Source: an uncultured Candidatus Saccharibacteria bacterium
GTDB lineage: Bacteria > Patescibacteriota > Minisyncoccia > Phycocordibacterales > DATGWK01
Reading direction: 5' to 3'
Assembly (NCBI GenBank): GCA_964442475.1
Contig: CAYTZJ010000001.1
Span: 1 to 60,072, forward strand
DNA: 60,072 nucleotides
Part shown: in pieces, positions 26,074 through 35,123 of the stretch
Numbering within the stretch: the stretch's first letter is position 1
Layout: every line of letters begins with the position of its first letter
Made by a program: the position numbers and the translations under genes
Notes under the pieces: generated by a model
What the model was told of the DNA's origin: nothing
Databases searched by the model: none
The model's input: only the letters and a program-made list of their open reading frames with translations

Positions 26074-27645
26074 TTATTGAAGAACTACATTCTCTGGTTG
26101 GGTCATCTGTTGCTTGCGATGACGATGCGCAAGTACGAGAATCAAAGCAGACAAAAGAATCAAAAGAAACCAGAGATAATTGAATCGATTATCACCTTCA
26201 CTAAATACATCAGGAATCTTTGCAATGATTGCACCACTAAGTGAAGCGAGACCTTGATGTTTGTAATCAAGAATCGCTAACGCGAATTCATACTTACCTG
26301 GTCTTTCAAACGCTGCAAGATTTGCCTCATAGGCAGTCTTGTCTTTGTTTACCCGAAGAAGAAACGAAAATGTTTTATCTTTATCTTCTGGGTCATACAT
26401 CGTGATCGCAATTGTTTTTAAGATTTCTGGAATTTTGTCATAGTCGATCGAAATCGTCAGACTTCTGTCGCCACGAACCTCAACAGTTCCTGAAACAATT
26501 GGTTTTTTTACTCCGTCCTGAATAAAATTAAGATCCCAGATTGAGAGCGACTTAAGCAATGGATCGATCAGATCAGAAGGGAGTTTGAGAATGTCAGCAA
26601 ACAACTGAGGTGAACCTGAACCGGTACCATCGAGAGACAACCTAATATCTGTGACCGAACCGGATGAATAATTTCCTACGAAATCTTTAGCAAATGCTGA
26701 GTAGTAATATGTCTTACCCGGTTCAACATTGCGATCTGTAAATTCTTCTGCTCGCCCTTCATAAATCACCTCGCCTTCACTTGGATCTCTTGGATAGAAG
26801 ATTGGAGATTTAACAATTCTTACTGATTCAAAATCAGTGTGAGGATTACGCCATGTAAGCAACACGTTGCCGTTCTTTTCTGTTGCTTTTAAATTTGTAA
26901 CGTTCTCTGGCGGATTAGAATCTGGAAGCGATAAGGTGTAGAAATCCTGATTGTCTATTACTCGTTTTCTTTCATAACCATCTACAAGCTCAATTTTGAA
27001 GAAATAATGTGTACCCGGCACAAGATCTGTGAGACGAATGACATGATCTTTTTTATAAAGATCACTTGCAAGACTGCCCACTTCAAAATCTTGAGTTTTG
27101 CCCCACCACACGAGAGCTCGCACAGGCACATTCGTTCCAAAGCTAATCAATGCTTCATTAAAGTCAGGTGCCACATTGAGATACAAAAGCGTAATCACTT
27201 GCTGGCCGCTTGTAGTACCACCGCCAACTGGAGTTGATACTGGAACATCAAATGTTGTAGCGGTTGATGAAGCAGAACGTGCAGATTCATTGTTTGCAGC
27301 ATCGATTGCAGAAACGGTATAGGTGTATGCGGTGTTTGGAGTCAAACCCGTATCAGAATAAGTCGTAGCTCCTCCTGATAATCCAATATAATTGTTGTCA
27401 CGAAACACTCGATAATCCGTGACAGCCGTATCGTCTGTTGAAGCAGTCCATGAAAGATCAATTTGGCTTGTTGAAACGGCAGTCGCGCTTAAATCTGTTG
27501 GTACAGAAGGCGCTATAAGGTCCGGCGTATCGTCGATAAGTTGAGAGACGATAAACTGATCTTCTGCTGCATGTGCATATGAATACGCAAAAACAACAAA
27601 AGTGATGATTGTGAGACTTATAGCAATGAACTTAATGATTTTCAT
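26074..27645 (-). CDS. Fibronectin type III domain surface protein, C-terminally anchored
   Basis: Signal peptide. FN3 signature PTDLSATAVSTSQIDLSWTAS...YRVFRD...TAYTYTVSAIDAANNES. C-terminal TM helix followed by HRHRKQQ. Confidence 0.75.
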   Translation of the reverse strand: MKIIKFIAISLTIITFVVFAYSYAHAAEDQFIVSQLIDDTPDLIAPSVPTDLSATAVSTSQIDLSWTASTDDTAVTDYRVFRDNNYIGLSGGATTYSDTGLTPNTAYTYTVSAIDAANNESARSASSTATTFDVPVSTPVGGGTTSGQQVITLLYLNVAPDFNEALISFGTNVPVRALVWWGKTQDFEVGSLASDLYKKDHVIRLTDLVPGTHYFFKIELVDGYERKRVIDNQDFYTLSLPDSNPPENVTNLKATEKNGNVLLTWRNPHTDFESVRIVKSPIFYPRDPSEGEVIYEGRAEEFTDRNVEPGKTYYYSAFAKDFVGNYSSGSVTDIRLSLDGTGSGSPQLFADILKLPSDLIDPLLKSLSIWDLNFIQDGVKKPIVSGTVEVRGDRSLTISIDYDKIPEILKTIAITMYDPEDKDKTFSFLLRVNKDKTAYEANLAAFERPGKYEFALAILDYKHQGLASLSGAIIAKIPDVFSEGDNRFNYLWFLLILLSALILVLAHRHRKQQMTQPENVVLQ

Positions 27646-27656
27646 ATGAACTGTAC

Positions 27657-28436
27657 CTAAAGAGTCACTGCGGTTAGGGTCGTGGTAGCAACATACGTAT
27701 CTTCGAGTTTAAAGCTCGAAGTTCCAACCGTAACTCGAAACTTAATTGTTGTTATCGTTCCAGACGGATGATTCGATGAACTGCGAGACGCAATTGTTTG
27801 ATTCGTCGTACTGAGTCCATCCCAACATTTGTCAGCAGAATCAGTGCCAGTAACTGAGCCACATGATCCCAACTCGTCCAAAAAGTCTGAAACAATATCT
27901 GATCCTTCCGGTGAAAATCCAAAACGTGCTTCGTCTGCTGGAACTGTGAAGTCATAGTCTGGAAATCCAGATGGCGCATAATCCGCAATCGTGTCAGAGG
28001 TTGTGTTGCCCTGCATTGCTGGACTCGAACTCGCCTTTATATAGAGTGCGTAACCAGATGGACTATCAGTCACAACCGTCACCGCGGTTGAACCATTTGA
28101 TGTGCCGCCAGTGATACCACCAAGCGAAGGACTCATTGCAACATCATCAGCCACATCATCAAATGCAATATATGTCTCGTGCATTTGCTGATAACCAGCA
28201 TGGAGTTTGTAGCTTGTACTATTTGAATCTCCAGTAGCAACTTCACCGCCCGTGCTTTCCAAACGATAACTTGCAGACTCACTCAAACCTCCACCAAAAT
28301 TCAAACTGTCACTTTCAATTTTGTAGTTTGAGCTCGACATTCCAACGGCAGACACCCAATCTACATTGCTAGCCAAAGCAAGAACCAAAAAGGTAGCGAC
28401 GATACTTATACCAATTGAGTTCTTAATGGTTTTCAT
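27657..28436 (-). CDS. Secreted beta-rich surface protein, paralog A (WxL-like?)
   Basis: Signal peptide and SxNYxxES repeats. Shares a block SPSLGGITGGTSNG..V.V.T....SGY...IKASSSPAMQ and a CW-GLST...Y-ATTTLTA C-terminus with ORF 29407..30075. Confidence 0.55.
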   Translation of the reverse strand: MKTIKNSIGISIVATFLVLALASNVDWVSAVGMSSSNYKIESDSLNFGGGLSESASYRLESTGGEVATGDSNSTSYKLHAGYQQMHETYIAFDDVADDVAMSPSLGGITGGTSNGSTAVTVVTDSPSGYALYIKASSSPAMQGNTTSDTIADYAPSGFPDYDFTVPADEARFGFSPEGSDIVSDFLDELGSCGSVTGTDSADKCWDGLSTTNQTIASRSSSNHPSGTITTIKFRVTVGTSSFKLEDTYVATTTLTAVTL

Positions 28437-28440
28437 TTTT

Positions 28441-29397
28441 CTATTTCTTCTTTATTTCGAATCTTGTGACGACAAACCGCAAAGCAAGAATCAAAACAAA
28501 AACAGTAGCAAGAACACCGAGTGCGATTTTCCAAGGAATGACCCAAAAAGAAATCTGCATCGTATCAACAATGTCTCCATAGCCTCTATTAATAGAAGCA
28601 ACGGCAGTATATCGACCGAACAAAAACGGACGATTCCATGAAATTTCCCTTAATCGCACAGACTGTGGCAAGGAAAACCACGGATCAACCTCAACAAACC
28701 CAACCTCTTGCCCGAGAATATTTTTGATTCTAATTTCACCATACGGATTAACGTACACAGAACCATTATTCTCATAAAGAAGTCGCATACCGATCGGACC
28801 GCTACCATAGAATTTTTGTCCTTCTACAGTACTGAAACCCGAAAGTCGACCTTCTTCATTAACTGGACCTGGAACTTTGACAAAGAACAACACACCGAGA
28901 CGAGAAACAATTGCTGCTGATTGTGGGCTTGTGGCCTCACGTTCTGTTGTACTCACAAGTACACTGCCGTAGTGTCCTCCTGGATCTACATCGGTTGGCA
29001 CATTAACAGTGACCGGAATTGTCGCTTTTTGACCATTTTCAAGCTCGAACGTAGACGATTCAAACTTCAAAAAATCTTTGAGCGAATATGGTCCACGATC
29101 ATCACCCAAAAGAACGATTGCTTCATTTGGATTTCTCGAACCAGTAAAATCTTCTACTTCGAGATGAAAAACTCTTTTTCCACCTGTTCGGTTTGAAACT
29201 GTAATAGCGGTTGTTTTACTTTCACCAGCCGCAATTTCAATTTCTATCTTTCCGGGTCCAACCACAAAATCCTGATACTGTATATTTGCAACATCGATAC
29301 TCTCAACCTTATACGCGGCAGATGCAGAAATTGGCACAAAAAACGCAATTATCAGACTTAGAGCAACTATGATTTTGGAATATCTGTTTAGGTTCAT
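28441..29397 (-). CDS. DUF916/DUF3324-like cell-surface protein with C-terminal TM anchor
   Basis: Signal peptide, two beta-sandwich-like halves (VPTDVDPGGHYGSVLVS; NNGSVYVNPYGEIRIKN), and a C-terminal TM helix plus basic tail. The architecture is recalled from Firmicute WxL/Csc clusters. Confidence 0.45.
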   Translation of the reverse strand: MNLNRYSKIIVALSLIIAFFVPISASAAYKVESIDVANIQYQDFVVGPGKIEIEIAAGESKTTAITVSNRTGGKRVFHLEVEDFTGSRNPNEAIVLLGDDRGPYSLKDFLKFESSTFELENGQKATIPVTVNVPTDVDPGGHYGSVLVSTTEREATSPQSAAIVSRLGVLFFVKVPGPVNEEGRLSGFSTVEGQKFYGSGPIGMRLLYENNGSVYVNPYGEIRIKNILGQEVGFVEVDPWFSLPQSVRLREISWNRPFLFGRYTAVASINRGYGDIVDTMQISFWVIPWKIALGVLATVFVLILALRFVVTRFEIKKK

Positions 29398-29406
29398 GTT
29401 GAAATA

Positions 29407-30075
29407 TTAATTGGTTGTTGCAGTAAGGGTTGTGGTTGCCTTATAGACACCCTCTGTAATAAGCGAACCAGAATTGATAGTGAGCTTAAAGGCAATTGAC
29501 GACGTTGACCCAGACGCCGAAGTTGCTGTTGTTCGAAATATTGTTGATGTTGCCGTGGTCGAAAGACCATACCAACACGAGCCCATACCTCCGGTATCAG
29601 CAGAACCGGTGTTGCAAGTTGACGCACCATCATCCTTGAATTTTTGTGCCAAATCAGCAGTTGTACTTGCCGAAACGCTATAGCCGAACTCCGCACCAGC
29701 AGGAACAGAGTAAGCAAAATCCGGAACACCAGCAGCTGCAGGAGTGTAATCAGGAATAGAATCTGTTGATGTATCATCTTGCATCGCTGGACTCGAACTT
29801 GCCTTGATCGTCATGGTGTAACCAGACGAATCGTTAGTCAGTACAACAACTGTAGTTGTACCGTTTGAGGTACCACCAGTGATACCACCAAGTGACGGTG
29901 TCATCGTCACATCCTGTGCTGTTGTAGCGAAGGAAATTTCAGATGTAATCGTCTGACTGACTATGAATTGATCCTCAATTGCAAGACCCAACGCAGGCTC
30001 AGCGATGACAAAAATCAACGCAAACGCCATTGTTAGGACAACCGCACCGAGGAAAGAATCTTTTAATTTTTTCAT
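29407..30075 (-). CDS. Secreted beta-rich surface protein, paralog B (WxL-like?)
   Basis: Signal peptide, EDQFIVSQ motif after the predicted cleavage site, and conserved blocks shared with 27657..28436. Confidence 0.55.
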   Translation of the reverse strand: MKKLKDSFLGAVVLTMAFALIFVIAEPALGLAIEDQFIVSQTITSEISFATTAQDVTMTPSLGGITGGTSNGTTTVVVLTNDSSGYTMTIKASSSPAMQDDTSTDSIPDYTPAAAGVPDFAYSVPAGAEFGYSVSASTTADLAQKFKDDGASTCNTGSADTGGMGSCWYGLSTTATSTIFRTTATSASGSTSSIAFKLTINSGSLITEGVYKATTTLTATTN

Positions 30076-30123
30076 GTTAATAAATTAATGCTACTAATCT
30101 CCACAATAAACGCATTCGGGCTT

Positions 30124-31113
30124 TTAAGGTTCTTCACCATCCTTAACTGGAACCATTACGTATAAATATTCTTGATCGTTTTTGTTTTTGAAGACTGGTT
30201 TGATCAAACCAGAAGTTCCTGTTTCGTCAGGAACGATTTTAGCTTCATCTGAAAAATTATTTTCTACGTACGCCTTAACATGCGCATTAGCATCAGGTGA
30301 ACCAGCAGATGGAACAACTACCAAACCGGATTCATCGCTTTTCTCGTTCTGCTGTGACCAGAAAAACGGTCGACCAATTTTTTGTCCTGTTACTGCAATA
30401 AAACTATTGACTCTCGTGATTCTGATTTGTGTCCCATTCACTAGATCAGAAATTTGTTGATCGAGATACATACCAATCGACGAGAATACATGTGACGTAT
30501 ATGCAACTGAACTCACAAGTTCAGATCGATAATTTTTAATGTGTACCAAAGAACCAGAGATTTGATTTTGAACAGCACTTATTTGGACACCACCCAAATT
30601 AATGTGCGATAGAAAATTTGATTTCTGATTGCCACCAATAACATTTGGCACAACAAAAACTAAAAGCAACACGACCACCAAAACACCACCAACAATTCTT
30701 TGAGCAAATACACTCGTTTGACGCTTTGCTTCTTTTCTATCAAGAAAGTTAATAGCTGCCTGATGGAAAGACTTGTATGACAATTCAGGATTAATACCAA
30801 AACCAAGGGGGTTGGTAATCGAGTTCGACATTGTGGCTGCACCAGCCCCAGCAGAACTATTGAAATTACTAACCTCAGAATTCTTTTGATAAATCGAGAT
30901 TCGTCCACGTGGCGTCAAACTTGCAGTTGTTCGATGGGCAAGAAGGGATTCTTCGGAAACAAACCATGATCTACCGACACGTCGGCAATCAAGTAAACTT
31001 TTTCGGCACAACTGTCCGATATAATCGGAATTATAGCCAGTTATTGAACTAGCTCGGCTTGCCGAGATATATTTTTTTCCTTCAAAAATCAATTCACTAC
31101 CCATGCAAATCAT
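30124..31113 (-). CDS. Membrane-tethered helix-turn-helix protein
   Basis: N-terminal excisionase/MerR-like HTH (ISASRASSITGYNSDYIGQLCRKSLLDCRRVGRSWFV), one TM helix (IVGGVLVVVLLLVFVV), then an extracytoplasmic domain. The start is ambiguous: 31176, 31113 or 31104. Confidence 0.6.
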   Translation of the reverse strand: MICMGSELIFEGKKYISASRASSITGYNSDYIGQLCRKSLLDCRRVGRSWFVSEESLLAHRTTASLTPRGRISIYQKNSEVSNFNSSAGAGAATMSNSITNPLGFGINPELSYKSFHQAAINFLDRKEAKRQTSVFAQRIVGGVLVVVLLLVFVVPNVIGGNQKSNFLSHINLGGVQISAVQNQISGSLVHIKNYRSELVSSVAYTSHVFSSIGMYLDQQISDLVNGTQIRITRVNSFIAVTGQKIGRPFFWSQQNEKSDESGLVVVPSAGSPDANAHVKAYVENNFSDEAKIVPDETGTSGLIKPVFKNKNDQEYLYVMVPVKDGEEP

Positions 31114-31414
31114 TATATTTTTTAGTAACAATTTTTTTTCAAAATTTTGGGGATAAATCAAAGAAACTTTTTGCACTAAGGATCACATTAAAAACATGGA
31201 TAAACAGTCACCATGAGGCTTATATGAGGTCATAATCCAAAATTCAAAAAAGATTAAAACGGGAGTTAACTTTTCTCCCTAAACTAATCAGTCAAAACTC
31301 TTAGTTTTAGAAAAAGTTTAAAACCAAATAAAATTAAAATGGGGATTACAAAGATTGATAGTCGTTATAAAAACAGTTACACTTTTTATATATCATTAGT
31401 AAGGTTTATATAAG

Positions 31415-31651
31415 ATGAACATTGAATTTATAACGATTAAGCAAGCAGCAAAACTTCTCGGAGTTACGCCCCTAACTCTTCGTAATTGGGACAACAGTGG
31501 TAAGTTCACAGCGTCTCGCCACCCGATAAATAACTACAGAGTTTATAAAAAAGCTGAGGTTGAAATGCTTATTGAGGACATGAAGTCAAAACAGATAAAA
31601 ACAAAAATCAATAAGCGTCAACCATTCAAACTTCAGATACGCCATGAATAA
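31415..31651 (+). CDS. Small MerR/excisionase-type HTH DNA-binding protein
   Basis: ITIKQAAKLLGVTPLTLRNWDNSGKF...YRVYKKAEV; 78 aa. Confidence 0.7.
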   Translation: MNIEFITIKQAAKLLGVTPLTLRNWDNSGKFTASRHPINNYRVYKKAEVEMLIEDMKSKQIKTKINKRQPFKLQIRHE

Positions 31652-31682
31652 AAAATACCACCCGAAACGGGTGGTATTTTTT
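31651..31682. terminator. Bidirectional intrinsic terminator
   Basis: ATACCACCC gaaac GGGTGGTAT with A5 before and T6 after, between convergent genes. Confidence 0.8.
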
Positions 31683-31701
31683 AACGTTTTTTTGAACCCC
31701 T

Positions 31702-33123
31702 TTAGCCAATTTCTTTGATCAATAATTCTTTGATAACCGTTGGATTTCCAGCTCCACGACTTTCCTTCATTGCCTGCCCAATCAAAAATTGAAGTGCCAC
31801 TTGTTTGCCATTTTTAAAATCAATAATAACAGTTGGATTTGCCTCAATAACTTTTTTAATGATTGGCACCAGAGTTTCTTCATTACTTTGTTGAAGCAAA
31901 TTATTTTCTGTAGCAATTGTTTTTGCGTCACCACTTTTTTCAAACATTATTTTTAATACTTCTTTTGCTCCACGGGACGACACTTCATTCTTTCCGATCA
32001 TTTCAATAAGTGCAGCAAAAGACTTTGGTTGAATTTGTGCTTCACCCCAACGAATAGGATTGGCTCGGACTAATGAAACCAGATCAGAGTTAATATAGTT
32101 GTTTGCGAGCACAATCCCCTTTTTATCTGACTTGAGTTCTTTTACTACTGCCTCAAAATAGTCGCCCCATTCTTTTGAACGAACAAAGATTTCCGCATCT
32201 TCGGTTTTCAATCCGAAATCAACAATCATTCGTTCACGTCGAACCCACGGCAGTTCTGGTAATTCTTTTTTTATTTTCTCTGATTTGAATTCTTCAATTT
32301 CTGAAATATATATCTTGGGTAGATCTGGGTCCGGAAAATATCGATAGTCATGAGAATCTTCTTTGATGCGTTGAGAAAAAGTAACTTCTTTTGTTTCGTC
32401 CCAACCACGTGTTTCCTGCACCACCTTCTCCCCCTTCTCTAAAAGTTCAATGTGTCGTTCAACTTCATAGGCAATTGCACGTTCAACCGCACGAAATGAA
32501 TTGAGATTTTTTACTTCAACCTTTGTCCCCCTCTTTCCTTCTTCTGCACAGACAGAAATATTTGCTTCAACACGCATTTCACCCTTTTCCATATTCGCTT
32601 CACCCGCACCAATATACTGAAGTAAAAGCTGAAGTTCTTTTGCAAAGCGAACCGCTTCTTCTGCAGAGTGAATTACTGGTTCCGTAACAAGCTCCATAAG
32701 AGGCACACCAGCACGATTGAAATCAACGAGGCTTTCTGAACCAGTATCATGAGTTGAACGAGCAGTGTCTTCTTCTAAATGAATTCGTGTAATAGCGATA
32801 CCTGCTAGTTCCCCACCCGAAACAAGTGGATGCTTATACTGACTAATCTGATAGCCCTTTGGTATGTCTGGATAAAAATAATTCTTACGATCAAACTCAG
32901 TAAAATCGGCTATATTCCCTCCTACTGCAAGACCCATTTTAATAACATGTTTTACTGCTTCTTTATTAATCACAGGAAGAGTGCCGGGATGACCCATACA
33001 AATAGGACAAACATTCACATTCGGACGGTCCTCGTTCGGATCGTTTTTGGAATCACAAAACATTTTTGTTCTGGTTTTGAGTTCAGCATGAATCTCCAAA
33101 CCAATAGTTGTTTTATATTTCAT
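31702..33123 (-). CDS. gatB: Asp/Glu-tRNA amidotransferase subunit B
   Basis: N-terminal IGLEIHAEL, CPICMGHPGTLP and C-terminal GatB_Yqey-like region. Confidence 0.95.
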   Translation of the reverse strand: MKYKTTIGLEIHAELKTRTKMFCDSKNDPNEDRPNVNVCPICMGHPGTLPVINKEAVKHVIKMGLAVGGNIADFTEFDRKNYFYPDIPKGYQISQYKHPLVSGGELAGIAITRIHLEEDTARSTHDTGSESLVDFNRAGVPLMELVTEPVIHSAEEAVRFAKELQLLLQYIGAGEANMEKGEMRVEANISVCAEEGKRGTKVEVKNLNSFRAVERAIAYEVERHIELLEKGEKVVQETRGWDETKEVTFSQRIKEDSHDYRYFPDPDLPKIYISEIEEFKSEKIKKELPELPWVRRERMIVDFGLKTEDAEIFVRSKEWGDYFEAVVKELKSDKKGIVLANNYINSDLVSLVRANPIRWGEAQIQPKSFAALIEMIGKNEVSSRGAKEVLKIMFEKSGDAKTIATENNLLQQSNEETLVPIIKKVIEANPTVIIDFKNGKQVALQFLIGQAMKESRGAGNPTVIKELLIKEIG

Positions 33124-33193
33124 GGTGGTTATATTAACAGGCCAAAGGCTTTGAACGCTAGGCTTCAGGTATTAAAAAACAAAAAACTCAAAC

Positions 33194-34168
33194 TTATTTT
33201 TTCCTCTTATTTAAACAACTCACTATTGCATCACTGAGAATCTTTATTGATTCTTCATTAATAACTGAAACAACATATACCTCACCACATTTTTTAAGGG
33301 CTTTTTGTTTTAGTTTTAAACTTTCTGAATCAACAGTGTCAGTTTTGGTAAGAATAATCATTTCTGGTTTCTCTGTAAGTTCTTCATTGTACTTTTCAAG
33401 TTCAGCGCGAACAGTTTTGTATGCAGTTACAACATCTTCATTCTCACAAGAAACACAGTGAAGGATCAAACTAGTGCGAGTAATGTGTTTAAGAAATTTA
33501 TAACCCAAACCCTTTCCGCTCGAAGCTCCAGCGATAAGACCGGGAATGTCTGCTAGTACAAAGCCAAAAAGTGGACCCAAGTGTGGGTCAATTGTTGTGA
33601 ACGCGTAAGCTCCAACTTTTGAAGCGGCATTTGTAAGTGCATTTAAAAGACTTGATTTGCCGGCGTTAGGCAAACCAACCAGACCAGCGTCAGCAACAAG
33701 TGAAAGTTCGATTTCAAAATCTGCTTCTTCCCCCGGCTTACCCAATGTGCTTTGCTTAGGACGGACGTTTGTAGACGCCTTGAAATGTTCGTTACCAAGA
33801 CCGCCACGACCCCCCTTAAGAATCTTAATCACTTGTCCATCCTCAAGAAGATTTACAACCTTACCAGTCGAAAGATTCTTCACACTCGAACCAATTGGCA
33901 GATCGAGAATAAAATCCTCTCCGGCCTTTCCGTCACAACTATCGCGGAAACCATCACCACCTCTTTTAGCAGAAAATTCTTTGATATGACGGTACTGGGC
34001 AAGAATATTTAAGTTTCTGACAGCACGAACATAAACATCACCGCCAAAACCGCCGTTTCCACCGGCGGCCCCTGCTTTGTCCCTGCCCTTTTCATGTCGC
34101 CACCGGACAACACCGTGTCCGCCTGCGCCAGCACTTATATGGACCTTTATCTCGTCTACGAAGGTCAT
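33194..34168 (-). CDS. obg: GTPase Obg
   Basis: Gly-rich Obg fold (GAGGHG, GGNGGFGGDV), G1 GLPNAGKSS and G3 DIPGL. Start moved to MTFVDEIKV. Confidence 0.9.
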   Translation of the reverse strand: MTFVDEIKVHISAGAGGHGVVRWRHEKGRDKAGAAGGNGGFGGDVYVRAVRNLNILAQYRHIKEFSAKRGGDGFRDSCDGKAGEDFILDLPIGSSVKNLSTGKVVNLLEDGQVIKILKGGRGGLGNEHFKASTNVRPKQSTLGKPGEEADFEIELSLVADAGLVGLPNAGKSSLLNALTNAASKVGAYAFTTIDPHLGPLFGFVLADIPGLIAGASSGKGLGYKFLKHITRTSLILHCVSCENEDVVTAYKTVRAELEKYNEELTEKPEMIILTKTDTVDSESLKLKQKALKKCGEVYVVSVINEESIKILSDAIVSCLNKRKK

Positions 34169-34238
34169 TACAGCCAAACTATACGTCAAAATGGCCCTAT
34201 TTCGCAAGGAAAGGGCCTATATGGGCAAAGTACCGTCT

Positions 34239-35123
34239 TTAGGCTTCTAGAGCGATTTTAGCGAGTTTTAGGGCTCCTTCCTTGCTACCAGCTTCAGCTA
34301 CAAAACACATATTGTGGCAGAAGTTGGCGTCTGAGACCCCCGTCACAGCCACTAGATCTGCACCACTTTTACCTGCCCAGGATGCCGGTAGGTCTTTCCT
34401 ATTCACAAAGCCACCAGGACTGTTTCGTACAGTTCTAAGAACCCATGTTTGCTTTTTGGGATGAACTACAAAAAGAGGTTCGGGAAATTTTGAAAGGATT
34501 CCTTTCCACGGATACACTTGATCAAGAATAATAAGACGCTTATCCTCAGTCTTGTGATAAATTTCAGCGACAGACCCTTCACCATCTACCACGCCCTTCA
34601 TCAACTCAATTTCTCTAACTAGTAATTTTTTTGCAAAGTCAACAGCAATTAAAAAATTCTGATCAATGTGTGAATCATCCTCGTTCCACGCTGGATTCAT
34701 GGTTCGAATAAATGTTTGAATGTCGTAATGAAAAACACCAGTAAATATTTCTTTTGAGATTGAAACACCGTTGTCTAGAGCATCCATTGGTTGGATTAAT
34801 TTTTGCTCGATCATGTTTGAAACTTCTTGTGAGCCCGCAATCTTTTCACCATACTCTTTCCAAACCAAACCAAAAGCGGCGTATGGAATTCCGTTTGGCC
34901 TCTTCCCTGCTCCACCAGACTGATGATGGTCAAAACGATTTTTACTCGGATCATGGATTCCTCCGACATCAACAACGTAGTCACCTTTCTCAATTATTTT
35001 CTGATCTCGTGTTCGGATAACTTTTACCTTTCCCAAAAGCAAAGAAAGGCTAGCCACCGCAAAAACATCGTCAGCGTGAAATTCTCCACTATGGGCGACT
35101 ACTGTTTTAGATTTGAACAACAT
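34239..35123 (-). CDS. MYG1/UPF0160-family metal-dependent hydrolase
   Basis: HSGEFHADDV near the N-terminus and a DHHQ motif; 294 aa. Confidence 0.7.
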   Translation of the reverse strand: MLFKSKTVVAHSGEFHADDVFAVASLSLLLGKVKVIRTRDQKIIEKGDYVVDVGGIHDPSKNRFDHHQSGGAGKRPNGIPYAAFGLVWKEYGEKIAGSQEVSNMIEQKLIQPMDALDNGVSISKEIFTGVFHYDIQTFIRTMNPAWNEDDSHIDQNFLIAVDFAKKLLVREIELMKGVVDGEGSVAEIYHKTEDKRLIILDQVYPWKGILSKFPEPLFVVHPKKQTWVLRTVRNSPGGFVNRKDLPASWAGKSGADLVAVTGVSDANFCHNMCFVAEAGSKEGALKLAKIALEA

